Of a stretch of DNA of 64,000 bases, positions 13,789 through 28,000 are shown piece by piece. Source of the stretch: Catajapyx aquilonaris. Taxonomy: Eukaryota. The position numbers were made by a program, and so were the translations under genes. A model generated the notes under the pieces. The model was not told the origin of the DNA, did not search any database, and was given only the letters and a program-made list of their open reading frames with translations. The number at the start of each line of letters is the position of its first letter. Positions within the stretch are counted from its first letter, which is position 1. The stretch is from assembly GCA_000934665.2 (NCBI GenBank), contig KZ538129.1:1-64000 (forward strand), read 5' to 3'.

Positions 13789-16700
13789 TAGTCTAAGCAG
13801 CGACTCGCAACAATATGGGAGGAAGAGGGGGAGAAAGACCCTGATCTTTTTACCTGAATAGAGGGGCATCGCCACAATTGCCGTCGCTTGGTCTGACCCC
13901 GCCTGTTTTTATGGGTCGGTGTGAAGGAAAGGTCCCCGGGTGATTTTTCTATGTCGAAGGGGGACCCTGATTTGGTCATTTTGACTCTTGGCCTGGGATA
14001 AAAGAGAGCGGGGTTCGACTCCCCTACTGCTTTTGTGGAACTTGCTATTCTGTTGGGGGACCTGGAATATATTTTGAGGTGCTTGCTTGCAGGGGTGCAT
14101 CTGTGTTGGTTGTTCAAGTGCTGCAGTTTTGTGTTGTTGATGAGTGTTTTACTTAATCCTGCCCCTGACAGGACTCATGTCTTTTGTTTAAGTGATAGCG
14201 GTTGACCCGCCCCTGGGTTCACTGCCTGTTTGGCCTATAAAAATGTGTTACAGTGTACATCAATAGGCGTAGTGTTGAATCCTGGGGTAAAGCCACATAT
14301 CTGCGTTTCGTCAAGTTAGTTATGAGTGTGCATACACAAAGGAGCCTTTAGCCTGCACAATGCAATGTTGCCACAAACATGCCAATATTTTGTATGACAT
14401 TGTACAAATGTACATGTCAAGTAATGCAATTTGAGTATCATTTTGTTAGGCACTTATCTCTGACGTTTATTTTGTGTGTATAAACTATGCTGGTGTCCCC
14501 TGGTAAAACCACTTTTCTGCTTTGTAATAATGTAAAATTTATGTTTCAGATATAAACTACTCTTATAATAATATTTGGTGTTCAAATCATATTTTACGCA
14601 TTGCAACATTTAATGTTACGTTCATATTGAATTTAATATGCAAATAGTGTAGTGCAGTATGCAAGTAGTACGTGCAGCCCAGCTGTGTGCATTCTAAAAT
14701 GAAATTGCATTATTTTGCCCGCACAATGCCGGTACTGATGGTTTGTGGCAACAGTGCAGGATATCTGTATACAAACTAATGGCTCCTTTGTAAATGTACA
14801 CTGGGCGAGTTCGCCCCTGGCAACTCGAATTCATGCCCGCACATAGACTGCGACTCCCAAACCGATCCGAACGTGACATTGATTACTATGTAGTAATGGT
14901 GTTAGCACTGGGGGCATTGGACGCCCCCCTTGCCCAAGGTGGAGATGACGTTACGGTGTCAGATGATCCACCAACAGAATCCCTTGCAGGCTGGCAGCGA
15001 TCAGAATGGAAGTGTAGAGAGAGGGAGGGGGAAGAAAAGGGAAAAAAGAAAAGAGAAGAACGGGAAAAGTAGGGTGGGGAATGCATGCAGCCATGGCCGC
15101 AACCCTTGAAATCCGAGCCGGGTTGGGGTGGGGTGGGTTAGGTTTGGGTTCTGGGACGGACGTTCCTTCCATGGGGACCCCGGAGGGGGACAGCCCTAGC
15201 CAAAATCTCACCCTCCTCAACCCATGTGCCAGGGGTGCTTGCATACGTGGAGTTGCCCCGCAGTCTGCATCTCCCCATCCACTATTTTCCAGAGGGCAAA
15301 AATGGCTCCTGGAAACGGAATTACTAGAGTCGCGTGATGGCACTTGGGGGTTTCACGACCAGCGCCGAAGAGAATTTGTTGGGGATGAAAAGCACCGGCA
15401 CGAAGGGTATTTTCTGTTTACATCTAGCCACAAGAATGGGACTGATTCGTATATATATTGAAGGACAAAGACAAGCGAGGGCCGCTCTCAACAGAGAGTG
15501 TACACCAACCGGACAATCTCCTGCATACCAAATGTGGGAAAGCTTATCTGCTACTCGCGAAATTACCTCCGGTGCGCCCATCGGCACGCGATGCACGTTC
15601 CTATTTGCACATCTCGTACTTGGCGAAAACTTGATGGAACCTCAAGAAGTGCAACAGCCATGACGAGCCGGCTATTTATTGCGGGGGGAATTTGATAACC
15701 CTTGACCTGGGGCAGACAAACACTTTGACGTCATGACCTCTGTTTGGTGATGGCAAGTGATGGCAACCCTGCTTGGGTGCCCCTCTCTGAAAAATTCCCG
15801 CCTACCCGAAAACCCTCGACATGCAATGGTGAGGGGGGCACCCCAAAAAAATTTCTCTGACCGTATTTTTCAGGGTGATGGCTCGTGTCTTTGCGGGTAG
15901 TTAGCTTTAGGCCCAGTTGGTAGTCCTCAGCATGCCAACTGGTGGGCCTTTGTGGAATGAAATCTGGCTAACGAGGGCTCCCCCTATATATGCCTGTGCA
16001 GTGGCAATCACACAAAGACCCCCCATGGCCAAACCCCCCCTCTTTTGATTTACTTTTTTGGGGGGGAGGGGGGGGGGGGGACACCCGCCATCGCTGGGTT
16101 TTTCCGACACTCGGACGAATTTGTGAAACTGTGAAATCTGATTGCCCCCGTGCAGTCGGTGCCGGACGCATGTAGAGCCTTTGTACGGGCTCAAAGCTGT
16201 GTTGTGGTACACATATGGCCCCGGATAAACCCCGTAGGGGGTGGGTGGTGGGGGAGCTCTTTTGACTGCCCGAGGGCATGGATGGATGGATGGATGGATA
16301 GGGAGAGGCATAAAGGAATATTAAAGTACATTGTAGTCTTGCACTTCAGCTGGGGGATGGTTGGTACCGGTACTGTAAGCGACACGTGCGTAATTAGTGC
16401 GAGTGTTGAATTTCCCGCCCAGTGTTTGCGCGTGTAAAGATATCGGAGGCGGGGATCTTTTTTCTTTGCAAACATTGTCGTTCCATCTTACTAGGGACAA
16501 TGTTTGGTAAAGCTGAGTGATCTGTCAAGGGCCGTCCAAAAGTTGAGGAACAACTTGTGAAATCGGTGGTGCGTAGGCTTCGTCCGCCATTCCGCTTATT
16601 CTGTTGGAAGTGCTCCAGGTTTTTACCGTATCATCGGGACATGGAAATTTGGGTTTTCGATGGTAGGGTAGGGCCCCTCCTGCCTGATATAAACATTTCC

Positions 16701-17193
16701 GGCCGTTTAAGGGATAGCCGGGGAAACATTTGCGTCGGATCTTTTTCTGCTGGCCTCCAGAATTGGTAATGCCAGGGGGTCGTGCGAAGGTTCTTTTTGG
16801 TGGAGTTTTGTGGTAAACTGGGATTGGAATTTGCTATAGGCCTGGGAGTGTAAAAGTAAAAGTGTGGAGAGTAAGTCAAGGAATGGACTCGATTTTCTAT
16901 CGTTTATTGAACGGATTGTAATATTAGGGCAGGTTTTCCAGTGTGAACCTGCCAGACAAATAGTGCACTAATGATTGGTTTTACTATTGCAGACACTAGC
17001 TTTGCATGCTGTCACAGTACTTGGGCTCAATATTTGCATTGCAGAGAATGAATATTTTGTGTAATTCTATTGGATAAATTTTGTTGAATTTTAGCAGTGT
17101 TTTAACACGTTTAAAAATTATACATGGCGTTACATTTGAAAATACATCATGCTTATTGTTAGTAATTCATTGTAATTCTGTGATTGGATATGT

Positions 17194-17244
17194 TATATTT
17201 GCCTATATTGCCTATATTTGCCTATATTGCCTATATTTGCCTAT
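17194..17244. repeat. Short tandem repeat of alternating TATTTGCCTA / TATTGCCTA units
   Basis: tatatttgcctatattgcctatatttgcctatattgcctatatttgcctata (19-bp dimer, about 2.5 copies). Confidence 0.9.
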
Positions 17245-20200
17245 AAAACGTAGCAGCTGATACTTGATAATCATTGAAAGTAGCTGCTTAAAATATTTAG
17301 TGTAGTGCCAAAAATATTGCTGCTAACCACTAATATGATTTTAACTGAAACACCTTATAATATATGATATAGGTGTTGAATTATTATTATTAGAAAAGGG
17401 TATACACATTATTATTATGTTAGACCTCTTACTTAATATCAAGCAATGCATAACTACTAATTGCAGGATATAATTTCTGTGAGTGCTGAGTGACGTGCAC
17501 AACTCGGGCAGAATTTTTCCCATGTTTCTTTCGACATGTATACCAACAAAATAGAGAGAAAAAATACATGCAATAATGTAAAATGACATCATACAATGCA
17601 AACGACATGATAGGATGTGGTATGTAGACAGATTCGTCGCATTCCTCCGCATATTGATATATTGTATTCACCAGCTGCGATAAGTCTTCCTATAAACAGC
17701 ATTATGCAATTCGCAGTTATTAGGACTAAATTGGTTAACTTAGGATAAACTATAATTAGCCCAGAACTACGAGGCAGTTTGTATGATGCAAACAGACTCG
17801 ACTAATTCAGATAATGCACACTGTAACATCCCATTTGCGATTGTTTTCTATCACTCGCGACCCGCATAACACTTAATAAATATCGACAGATGGGATTATT
17901 GCAGGCCGATGCAGCAGGGAGTGCAACGTGCGCACACTAGAGCCACGTCTGCTATGCAAATCGCGTTAACCATTCATTTAATGCGGATTTGTATCCCATC
18001 AGCAACGCATATACATACACACACACACGCCAGGCAATAGGCCCACTTCAATTATGCAGCCTTTGCAGTTATAAATTTATACCCCCCCCTCCCTACGAAA
18101 TATGAAGTTGGCCATAACAGTCCGGAATGGAATGATGAAGTATACCCACTGCTAATAATCGTCGGAAGTACCGTTTCAAATTCTGATCGCGACAAATGGA
18201 GCACCCGGACTTGGTTCCGGATGGGCCAAAAATCGGGTGTGCCTAGAGGCCGCTGGATAGAGGGGGGACAAAAAAATAGAGGGGTGGAATAGAGAGGGGG
18301 GTTGGGCAAATTCATTCCCCTCCTTCCCCCTCTTGCAGCAAAATCCCCTCCATGAATTTGAAATGAGGAGCAGGGACTGGTCGAAACGGACGTTTTGCCA
18401 AGCCTCCGGAAAAGCTTTTGCTAACTTGTCGACTGACCTGACCAAGGAGGATCTGTGTTAAAGAGAGACATCAGTTGTCGCCAGGATGACAGTCCCCCCA
18501 GTGGTGTTGGGAGGGGTGGAGGAGGATTAAAATGTGAAATAATCCAGGAAGAAGGCTTAGCTGGTATTAGGGTTTGGGGCCGATGACCATAATGTGGATC
18601 CTATTAGAGTACATATGTGGGCTTTGTGGGACGAAAATTAGGTGTTTAAAATGTAATTTTAATGTGCATGAAGTACAGTGGGTTTTGTACCTGGAATACC
18701 AGCAGATAGCGATTTTTACGGTCTGATGGATTGAGTTCTCAGGAGATAACCTGTGTTACGGCCGTATATCTCGCGTATAAAAATATTCTACCAGACCGTA
18801 AAAATTAGACTCACCAGTATTCCAGCGCGTCTAAACATCCAGCGAATATTTGCATGCTGGGCACTTGCAGCATGTACATATGTGCACACACTCTGCCACG
18901 AGGCGCAGAGAAGAAAGTGCGCACATGTTACACAACATTTGTTTAGTGTGTCACTCGTACACACACCGGCCGTTAGCCGTAAAAAGAAAAAAAAGAGCTG
19001 AAGAAACCCGAAAGCCACTTTTTTGAATGAGGCTAATTACCGCGCGACAAAAGTATGTACAAACCCGCCCTTCGTATCGGTGACATTAAACCATTTTCCA
19101 AGCGGCGATTGGCAGCCAGCCCATGTCCTTGCCTGCTTCAAGTCTGACCTAGGAGGGCATGGAAATGTGAAATATGGGAGACTTAGTAGAGGGTGAAAGT
19201 GGTCGTGACCAATGGCGGACATTTGGGGAGTTATATCTCTTTCTATCTGGCGCCCCACTCCTCCTATTTAGATAGAGTGAATCGGTCCACACGCGTGGGT
19301 TATTCACACCCACGTTGTTTCACGTAATTGGGGAATTTTTTGTGTGTGTATATGTGTTGGTCGGGGTATGTCCTTCATGGGACGTGACCCACGGAGACAA
19401 TGAGGTGGCAATTTTTCTTTAACGTGAAAGGAGAAGGGAGGCCAACTGCCTCGACACGGGTTTTCATTTAGCAAGCGGCGTTTTGGTGACCGTCGTGTTG
19501 GAATTTGTATGATAACTTGGCAATGGAGACACTTTCCCAACTTGTCTGGAACAGGGTTTGCTGAGGGTCGAGTTGGGTTGTCTGAATTGGCCGCAAGATG
19601 GCCTCGAATCGGTCCGGACTCGCCCGAGTAGCCCCGGATTCACCCGAATCGGTCCAGATTTACCCGAATAATAATAAACGGGTGTGGCTATAGCATCTAA
19701 TAGTGGACTTGAGCGGTTTTTCATTTGAAACATTGAAAAGAGGCTAAATAGAAGGGAGGGTGTTGGAAAGAAGAGTTAGAAAAACAGTTTCGGATGCTTG
19801 AGCACTTAGAGCACTAGCTGTTGATCAGGGGCCGAAGGCGACCACAACAGGTATAAATAGATTGGGGAACTGGCAGTGGCAATCTCCAAGTTTGCCAGGG
19901 AGCAAATTTAACTACTCGCGCTGCCTGTCTGATTTTCTTATTGCCATCCGCTTTGGGGATCGGCCACTTGCCGCGGATTGCGTTACCCAAAGGACCCCCT
20001 TGGTTTTACCCCGGCAGAAAATTGAACCCGTATAGTGCCCGATCTGGTGGGTGGTGGCCAACCTATTTTTTTCTAGAATCAGATTAAGTACCGTGCATGC
20101 CGGTGTCAAATTCGGTGCCACAAAAAGTCACTCGTGGCTGACCAGAGCGAGTTATGCCATGTTGATAAAAGCGTCTTCATAGCTTACCCTTAGGTGAACA

Positions 20201-23200
20201 TGTTCAGCCATTTTTTTAAGAACGCTGCAATGGATTTGCAATTTGTTTTGGGTTGTAAACTAGTGGGGGCCCATATTTTAGTTTTAGTTTTAGCATATTG
20301 ACATTGCACCGATCAGTTTCGTGGCTTGTAAAACGTCAAACAAGAGTACAAACTCTGATCGTTATGTGTAACATTTTGTCAAAGTGTTATACATTTCAGA
20401 AATATTTTAGTGTAAGCCTTATCTAAATTCTAGCTCAAACAGGGCCCTTGTGCAGGCGCAGGGTTGCCATTATTTGAATTTGTCATGAATGCAATATAAT
20501 CGCCGTCAGTTACCGCTTTGGGGTTGTATTGGGCTAGGCTCAAAATGAATAGATGTAAACCGCCCTGTGAATTACATCGTTTTCCGGGCACTCTCCCCGA
20601 ATAAAAGTGGAAATTGGCGGCCATTGGCGGTTGCATAACTATATATATTTTCCTCCAGAACCATCCGCATTTGATCTAATCGGGCGCATTCCCACCGCGA
20701 CGTTACAGCCTTTCCAGCTTATTAAAGGTGACGAAACGGCGCAGTATCGGCGCGCTTTACAGTCGTGATGCACGTCCGTTAGGTGTCGCAAACTGGGGAC
20801 ACGAACGAATCACGACACCACGAGGAAGTAAGGTTTGAGGAGCATCAGAAATGCAATGTTCTGGATGTTAGCGATGGAGACGCGGATGCTTAAGACTTAC
20901 CTGAGCGGGGTTTTACAGATTGATTTTTAGCTTAATAAAGGGCGCGCCTAGTCGGCACGTTTTATCAGTTCTTTTTTTTTATGACATTGGTGATAAATTT
21001 ATCAGCGGGGTCCCCACCGACAGCTGATGGACTTGGGTGATCCCACATAATCCGACCCCGGGCAGATTGGCGGCTCTTAGCGCCATCTATACTCTGGTGG
21101 AAGAGGGCTCCTGGTGTACTTTACGACTTGCATTATCAGGCTGCCTTTTGCCATAATTTTTATGAGCTCCATATTCCACTTGTTGCGTGCGCTGTTTCCA
21201 CTGCCTTTGTTTCATTTGGAATTGGTGGGGGGTGCTCTGGGATGCAGCACGTATCGGGTGTCCATGCAGTGCTTGGGAAGTGTTGCTTGTAATAAATGCA
21301 GCGAGGGCGGTCTTATGGGTTTTCAAGGCATAAATGTCATTGGGGTATGGCCTAGGGGACGTGAGCGATGAGCGCGCATGTCGGATTTTAACTGCAATCT
21401 GGGATTAAAGTGCAAGAAATGTATGCCAGAGGGCGTCTCTCATTTGGTGGCATGTAACATTGGGTGTGTAAAAAGTTGCTATTTTTTAATAGCACGCCCA
21501 TATAATGAGGCGGGTTTGGAGAATATTTTTGTGGGGAGGGGGGGGGGGGGAAAAGTATTTGGTTACTGTTGGAAAAACCCTGGGTGGTTGGTGGGAGCAG
21601 CTTGGGGTTCAGGGGTTTGGGAATTTTGGAAGAGGGCAAGACTTGAGGGAGAAAGGCTGGGAAAATCTCCTCAAAAACTTGTCATCGCTGCCAGAGTTGC
21701 CAGATACTATGGGACATTTTTCCGTTAGTTCCATGATTTACGAGCCACCATCATTTAAAGAGCAATCTTCTCACGGACCTAGCTTTGGAACACAATAGGG
21801 GACAACAGTTGGCACATCAGCAGGATCTGCCACCACAATATTTCATGCATGTGTCTATATCAGAAGCCTAATTAACGTATGACTGACATATGTACTAGTG
21901 AAGGTCGGTTATGTATGTCGCACGATTGTTGCATCGGCCTGTGCTGTAACAAATCGGCTTGGTGACAACCTTTTTCGTCCTTTGTCTAAAATATCAAGAT
22001 CCTTGCAAGCTGATCACGTCAGCAGACCATTTTTGAGCAGCCGCATAATAACCTAGGGTACAAAAGTGGTCTGGAGCCCTCCGAGACAGACATGGGAGGA
22101 GAAGCTAGTGTCTCAGCGGGGTCTCTCCCAACAACCTCAGAGGGGGGAAAAAGAGGCTTTTGACATCCACTGGAGCCTGACTGCCCTCAAAATGGCCAAC
22201 CCCGGGCCTAAAAACCCCAAGCTCTTGCCCGGTCCGGTGCTGCGTGCTGGGGGGTATAGGTGAGGATCAGTAGGCGGGCGTCGGCCTCCAAATGCCGGCC
22301 CGGAGGTGCCTCCTCAGCCCGCCTCCTCAACCCGCCCTGACTCCCCTCGGCATAACGGCCAATTGTCGCATGTCGTCAGGGTGTTATTAGACACCCTAAA
22401 AGGGTTAGGTTTAGAGACAATTTTTTGGAAAAGTGCTATTCAGGAAGGTACAATCAGTTTCACGCTATTTAAAATCAGTTTTTTTTTGTAGCTACGATTG
22501 TTGTCAACATGCATAGCCTGAAGTTTTTCCTTGAAATCAACATGCAAAGAAAGTAGCTCGATCGAATATCGATTTTTGTTTCCATTTTTTAAAGGGAGGG
22601 ATGTAATAAGTAGGCACTTTGTAGGCCTCACCGCCGGGGCTAAACATAGTCCATGCTATTTTTTTTTTGTAAGGGGACCGCCCTTCCTTGCATACATGAA
22701 AATTATTTGACTGGTAAGGTTAGTAATGCTGCAAATTTAGGGCGGACTGGCGCTCAAAAATGGCCAAGAAAAAGTCGCCTGGGGACAGGTGGATTCTGGG
22801 CTTCATGGGCTTTTTTTGAGGGAAAAATTTTGCGGGGCTGTTTTTGAGAGCGTCTTGTTGTCTCCGAGTGATTTGGAAGCAGCAGGGACCCCTCCTTGCT
22901 TGGTTGTCCCCTCTAGGTTCCCTCAAATGAAGTCGAGTCTCCTTTGCCGCGCTAAACGTAATGAATGGAGCAATTCGCACAAATTGGTGTCATGAGGCCA
23001 TTCTCAGCCTGGATGGCGAAGAGGTGGGACCAAGTGGGCGAGGTGAGGCCCCAGATGAGGCCGATTTTACAAATAAGAACGGCCCATTTTGAACGACGAC
23101 AATGCGGGGTTGGCGGGAGGGGTAGGAGGTAATGGACAATCCGTCCGGTTGCCCGAGTGTTCTTGGGACAGCGATGTGTTGTTGTGGCCTAATGGACCAT

Positions 23201-25020
23201 CATTCATGGCTGGTGGTTGCTGTAATTTAGTAGGGAATTTACAGAATATAGGGGCTATGCTAAATATTTATACTAAGGATTTTTATTAGGTAAATAACAT
23301 TGTGGTCATTACTGAGGAATGTTACAAAGTAGTGATATGTGCCTTTTTTTTAAAAAAAAGTGTATATACATGGTAGTGAATTATTGAATAACGCATTGTA
23401 GAAACATGGCTGCAGAGTTTGAAGCCAAGAGTTAGCTCTGGGTATCCAACGCTAAAATATTAAAATTGAATTTTGGCTCAATTTTGAGTGATTTTCATTT
23501 GATTTGTGTCCAGTTAGCTCAGTGTTCATGTTAGTGTTAAAAATTTTGAAACTGGAAGTTGTTGTGGGTACGGCCAGCTGTAACGTACTGTATACGCCAT
23601 CCGGTAGAGAAATGGCGGATAATTAGCGCATTAACTCGTTATATCTTGAACTAGATTCATTTTTTTTGTGTGTTTCCCTCACTTCTTGAATGATGGCTGT
23701 CAGTGAGTGTACAAACCGTGAGACATCTTAATCCAAATATCCTCCATGCCAAGCACTTGACTAACGAGAGGAGAACGGTGAGCCTATTTACTTGTCCAAA
23801 TGTTATATTATTTCAAATTATATTGGAAATGAGATCTGCAAGGCTGATGGGGGTTCCAAGCCAAACAGTTGGCACGTAGAATAAGTCTTGTAAACAATAC
23901 AGAATGATCCGGCATTAAAATGTAGTTTGACAAAGTGTGTGCCTCGCGTGCACTCCATGATTGAAGTCTGCCATCAGTAGCCCCCCTGGCGAGTGAGCCA
24001 GCAACTATATCTAGAACCTGGTCTGACTACCCGAGCAAAATTGGCGCAATGATTGTTGAATATTCATTTTGAGGCCGGCCGGACAACAATGCTTTGCATT
24101 GCATAGTGAAAGTAGCCTATTGGCAAACATTTTGCACTAATTTTCGTTCCCCACGCCTCTTTTTTGGGTGGTTTGAAAATGGGTGTTGGTTGCAGGCGAG
24201 GTCTCCATTAGATGATTAAGCGGCCGGGGTCCCCTGCATTCTTGCGCTATAATTTCGTGTGCGTTGCTGTGAGCAAATACTTGGCATATCAACTGCACAC
24301 CATGTCGCCTGATGCTGCTTGCTGGGAGAGCAAAATGAATACCTGAAAATAAATTAATTATCGATCTATATTGCCTGGGAGTCGATCCTACAGGGTGTGG
24401 CGATCTTGCATGAGACAACTTTACTGTAGTGTACTATACAATAGGGAATAGTAAATATATCATATAGGTAAAGCAGTGCTGTGATTAATTGCATCGCATG
24501 CATTTTTGAGTTTGTTTTTGTCCCTGCTGAAACCGTACTGTTATAATCAGCGTCGAGATCTGAGCTGTCAGCCAGCAAATAAGTTAGATAGCACCCTTTT
24601 TTACTCAAACACAACAAGCGTATCGAAGAATCTTTTCAGGACATACACAAAGTAGCGGTACTGTTGAGTAATTGTACCCTTGCGCCCTCAATTAATGTTT
24701 CAGAATTGGAAAATTATGTCGCGAGGGTTATGCCAACAACACTGTGATTTGTTGGCGCGGTAATTAATGTCTCTCCTAGGCTGACATTGAAATGTAATCC
24801 AACAACCTTTCGGACTGGGGCTTGTCACTAAGCCTTTCCCGACCAATCCCAAGGCGCCAAAACCCGGCGACAAATGTTATGAGCTTCGAGATGTGTCACA
24901 TGCTACGATGCCTTACGGTTTGTTGTGGTGCTGCGAAAGCAACGGGACGTGGCAATTAGCACTACAAGCCTTTTCTTGTTGTGGCAACAATCCGCTCATG
25001 CTGTTCTTCTTCCTTTTCAG

Positions 25021-25071
25021 ATCAGACAAGAAAAGCCGTACTACATAGCCGACCCGGAAGTAGACTCATTA
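25021..25071 (+). CDS. hth: hth coding exon 4 (IRQEKPYYIADPEVDSL)
   Basis: Long pyrimidine tract ctgttcttcttccttttcag, a 51-nt phase-0 exon, and donor GTAAGT. Not in the ORF track; found by reading the sequence. Confidence 0.96.
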
Positions 25072-28000
25072 GTAAGTACAGCACTTTTTGTGGATTGAAG
25101 GTTATGGACCATATTTTGAGTTGGGAGGGTTTGTAAAAAAAAAACAGCCTTCAGCACCTGGAATTTATGATTGTTGTGTATTAAAGTAGAAGGTGACTGA
25201 GAAATTACTGGGCCTATTATCCACAATTGGTCTAAGGAAGTTAATACGTTATTTTGGTTGATACGAACATGCTATATACGAATTTTATTAGGTCACTTCT
25301 ACATCCACACTGGATGATTATTATTGAGAATATTCGCAACGTTCGTAGTATGATTATTTTGTAAATATGCTGGTGTAAACATCGATTCTCTGTGTCTGTT
25401 ATGGTGAATTTTTAACATGTGTAACTGACCTATGAATAGAGCAAAACTGTTCGTAAGCATGGAAATAGCGATACGTGTAACGTGTATCAATATTGTTTTG
25501 TGGCTAATCTGTGGACTTATTTTTAAAATTAGAACTTGAGATTTATTCTTCATCACCATATTTTTAGCACATGGTGTTTGACATAATTTCTTTCTCTCCA
25601 AAATTTGATTTTGGTTTTTTTTTCTATAACTTACATTGGGAAAATAAAATGAGCTTCGTGGAATAATACATATTATTTGTCAAATATTTTTAAAACTGTT
25701 AAATATTTTAAATTTTGGAGAAAGAAGCTCGTTGCTAGGATTTGTGGGATATTTTTTGCATCCAGCACTTTCTTGAGCATGTTGCCAAGCAGTTACCGTG
25801 TGTAATGTCCCAAACATCGGATGCCTCCGCGTCTATGCAACATACCTTATTACAGACCCTGTCGATACGTTTATTTTGGCCAAAGTCACCCCCCTCCTCC
25901 CCAAGCCATATCCGCTGACGTGGACAGGAACTCCTGTTGACTTATCTGCGATAGCAACCCATGAATGTTGAATGCGCCATGATTGGCGTACATGTTGTGA
26001 CTTAGGCCGCGAAAAACCTGGATAAGAACCATGGGAGTCGATACGGATCGGGTTACGACAAGGGACCTTACTGATCCTAAATAATAGAACCAGCGTGAAG
26101 TAAAAATTCATAGGGCTAATTCTAGCTGGACATTCCCATGAGATGGTATTATGATGGGGAGTTAGGGGGGCTGGGGAAAATGTATACTCTGAGGTTGGTG
26201 CATTCCATTAGCGGTATACCGCCAGAAGAGTACCCGGGAAGTATTCAGTTGAAAAGTACGCTCCTGCACCATTCCAGTTTCCCCTCCACTCCCTCTTGAA
26301 ACCTCAACACAAACATTAGCCCAACTGCATGGAATGGCCGCCCATCTAAATTAGGAACACGTGGATATTTTCTATCCGTTTTGGCCCCAGATAAGTGGCG
26401 GGAAAAGGCCTATTATCAAATGGGCCCCCAGAATGAGACAATTTGGGTTAAGTAGAGAATTAACCCCTGTGGCCTGGGCTGCAATAGCAGGCAGTTTGAG
26501 CAAATAAGGGCTGGCTTCGATACAGGCTTTTTCTAGAGCAAAAGGTATAAGGAACAGGGTGGATGGTGAAGAAAGAAAAAAAAAATGCCGGTCTTTTTTT
26601 GATTTATAAGGTGCTGTTACAGCCTTGTTGGCTATCATCATCCTATTAGGGGATACCCGCTCGGATGGGTTCAATTCCGGCCGTACCGCCAATCCAAGGG
26701 AGGGTTGGTTTGATGAATGACCACATCCTGTAAAACGGGGCAGTATATAGTGTTAAAAGTGTGTGATAGGCTTTGATTTTTCCAAAATGCCCACCTTGTT
26801 GGAAGCCGCAAGTTCCATTGCGGTTTGGACGTGGGCAACAAACCCCCCCTCGTTTTGTAAGAGACACGAACTCTGAGCCCCTATTGTTGTCTTTTTGCGG
26901 TCAGGATGAGGGTGGAGGAAGCTGTGAAACCTACCAATCCAGACCTGAATTGTCGACCGCAGTGTCAATTAAGCCGGCTGCGGTATGCTGGATCATGCAA
27001 CCATCTACACCTCCCCTAGAAAATTGCAGAAATGCACGCTAGGTGGCAGTCTTTGCAATGGAAAATGGCGGCCAACTGGTTTTTCGCAAAAACCACATTG
27101 TTGCTTGGGCATTTCGCTGCTCTTTTGTGCCACCCGGGGACAGAAAGGCAAGAATCCGGGAGGTTTTTCTTAAGAAAAACATGGCAGGGAAAAGGGAAGG
27201 ACAACCTTTGTCTCCGGTCCACGTGCAGGGTGCCTCAAAAGTTTTGGGGGAAAAAACTGGTCCTGCGACAGGATTTGTTGACCCGAGGGGTACCAGCCAT
27301 TTCTTTTCATCCAGCTAACATATGGCGGCTCTTCCTATTGCTCTTTTCCACATTCACATTCGAGCAAGGGGCGACGCCTAATTGGGTTTAATCTAGCCGT
27401 TCTTGAGGGGGAACGATAGATCTGTAATTGGGCTTCATTTAGGTGCAATAGGCAGGTCCGTGAAGGATTATACGAGTCCCATGTATGTCAGAAAAAAATG
27501 GGCATGAAAGAAAAGAGCGCAATAAAGGACCTTTGAGCGTGACGCCTTGGGATATGTAGATGGGACGATTGTGCATTTTCATAATGTGTGTGTGTGGGGA
27601 GGGGTTGTACGTGCGGCTTTCTCATGAGGACAAAGTTTTTACGGTGCAGGATGTCCCAGGAGTTAACTGCGCGCGTCTCTAAATAAAAGAACATGAGTGT
27701 TGCTGAAAGAAAAGCGGTGGTAAAAGGAGCTGTGAACGGTGAAAATAACCTGCACACCAAATAACGGTGATCACTTGTCTAGATATTGTCGGTTGAGGAT
27801 TTTTTTTTTTGCGGTGCTTCTTTGTGCAACGGCTAAATTTTCTGGTTTTAAAGCAGTTTTAGGATAAACAATTACTTTTCAGCACATTACACTACCTTTG
27901 GAATGACACAAATGAAGTGCTTATGAGTTATTTACACGGGTGCGTTATGAAGGGAGAAGAGGGACATTATTGATAACATGGTAGTATAATTTTGTCTACA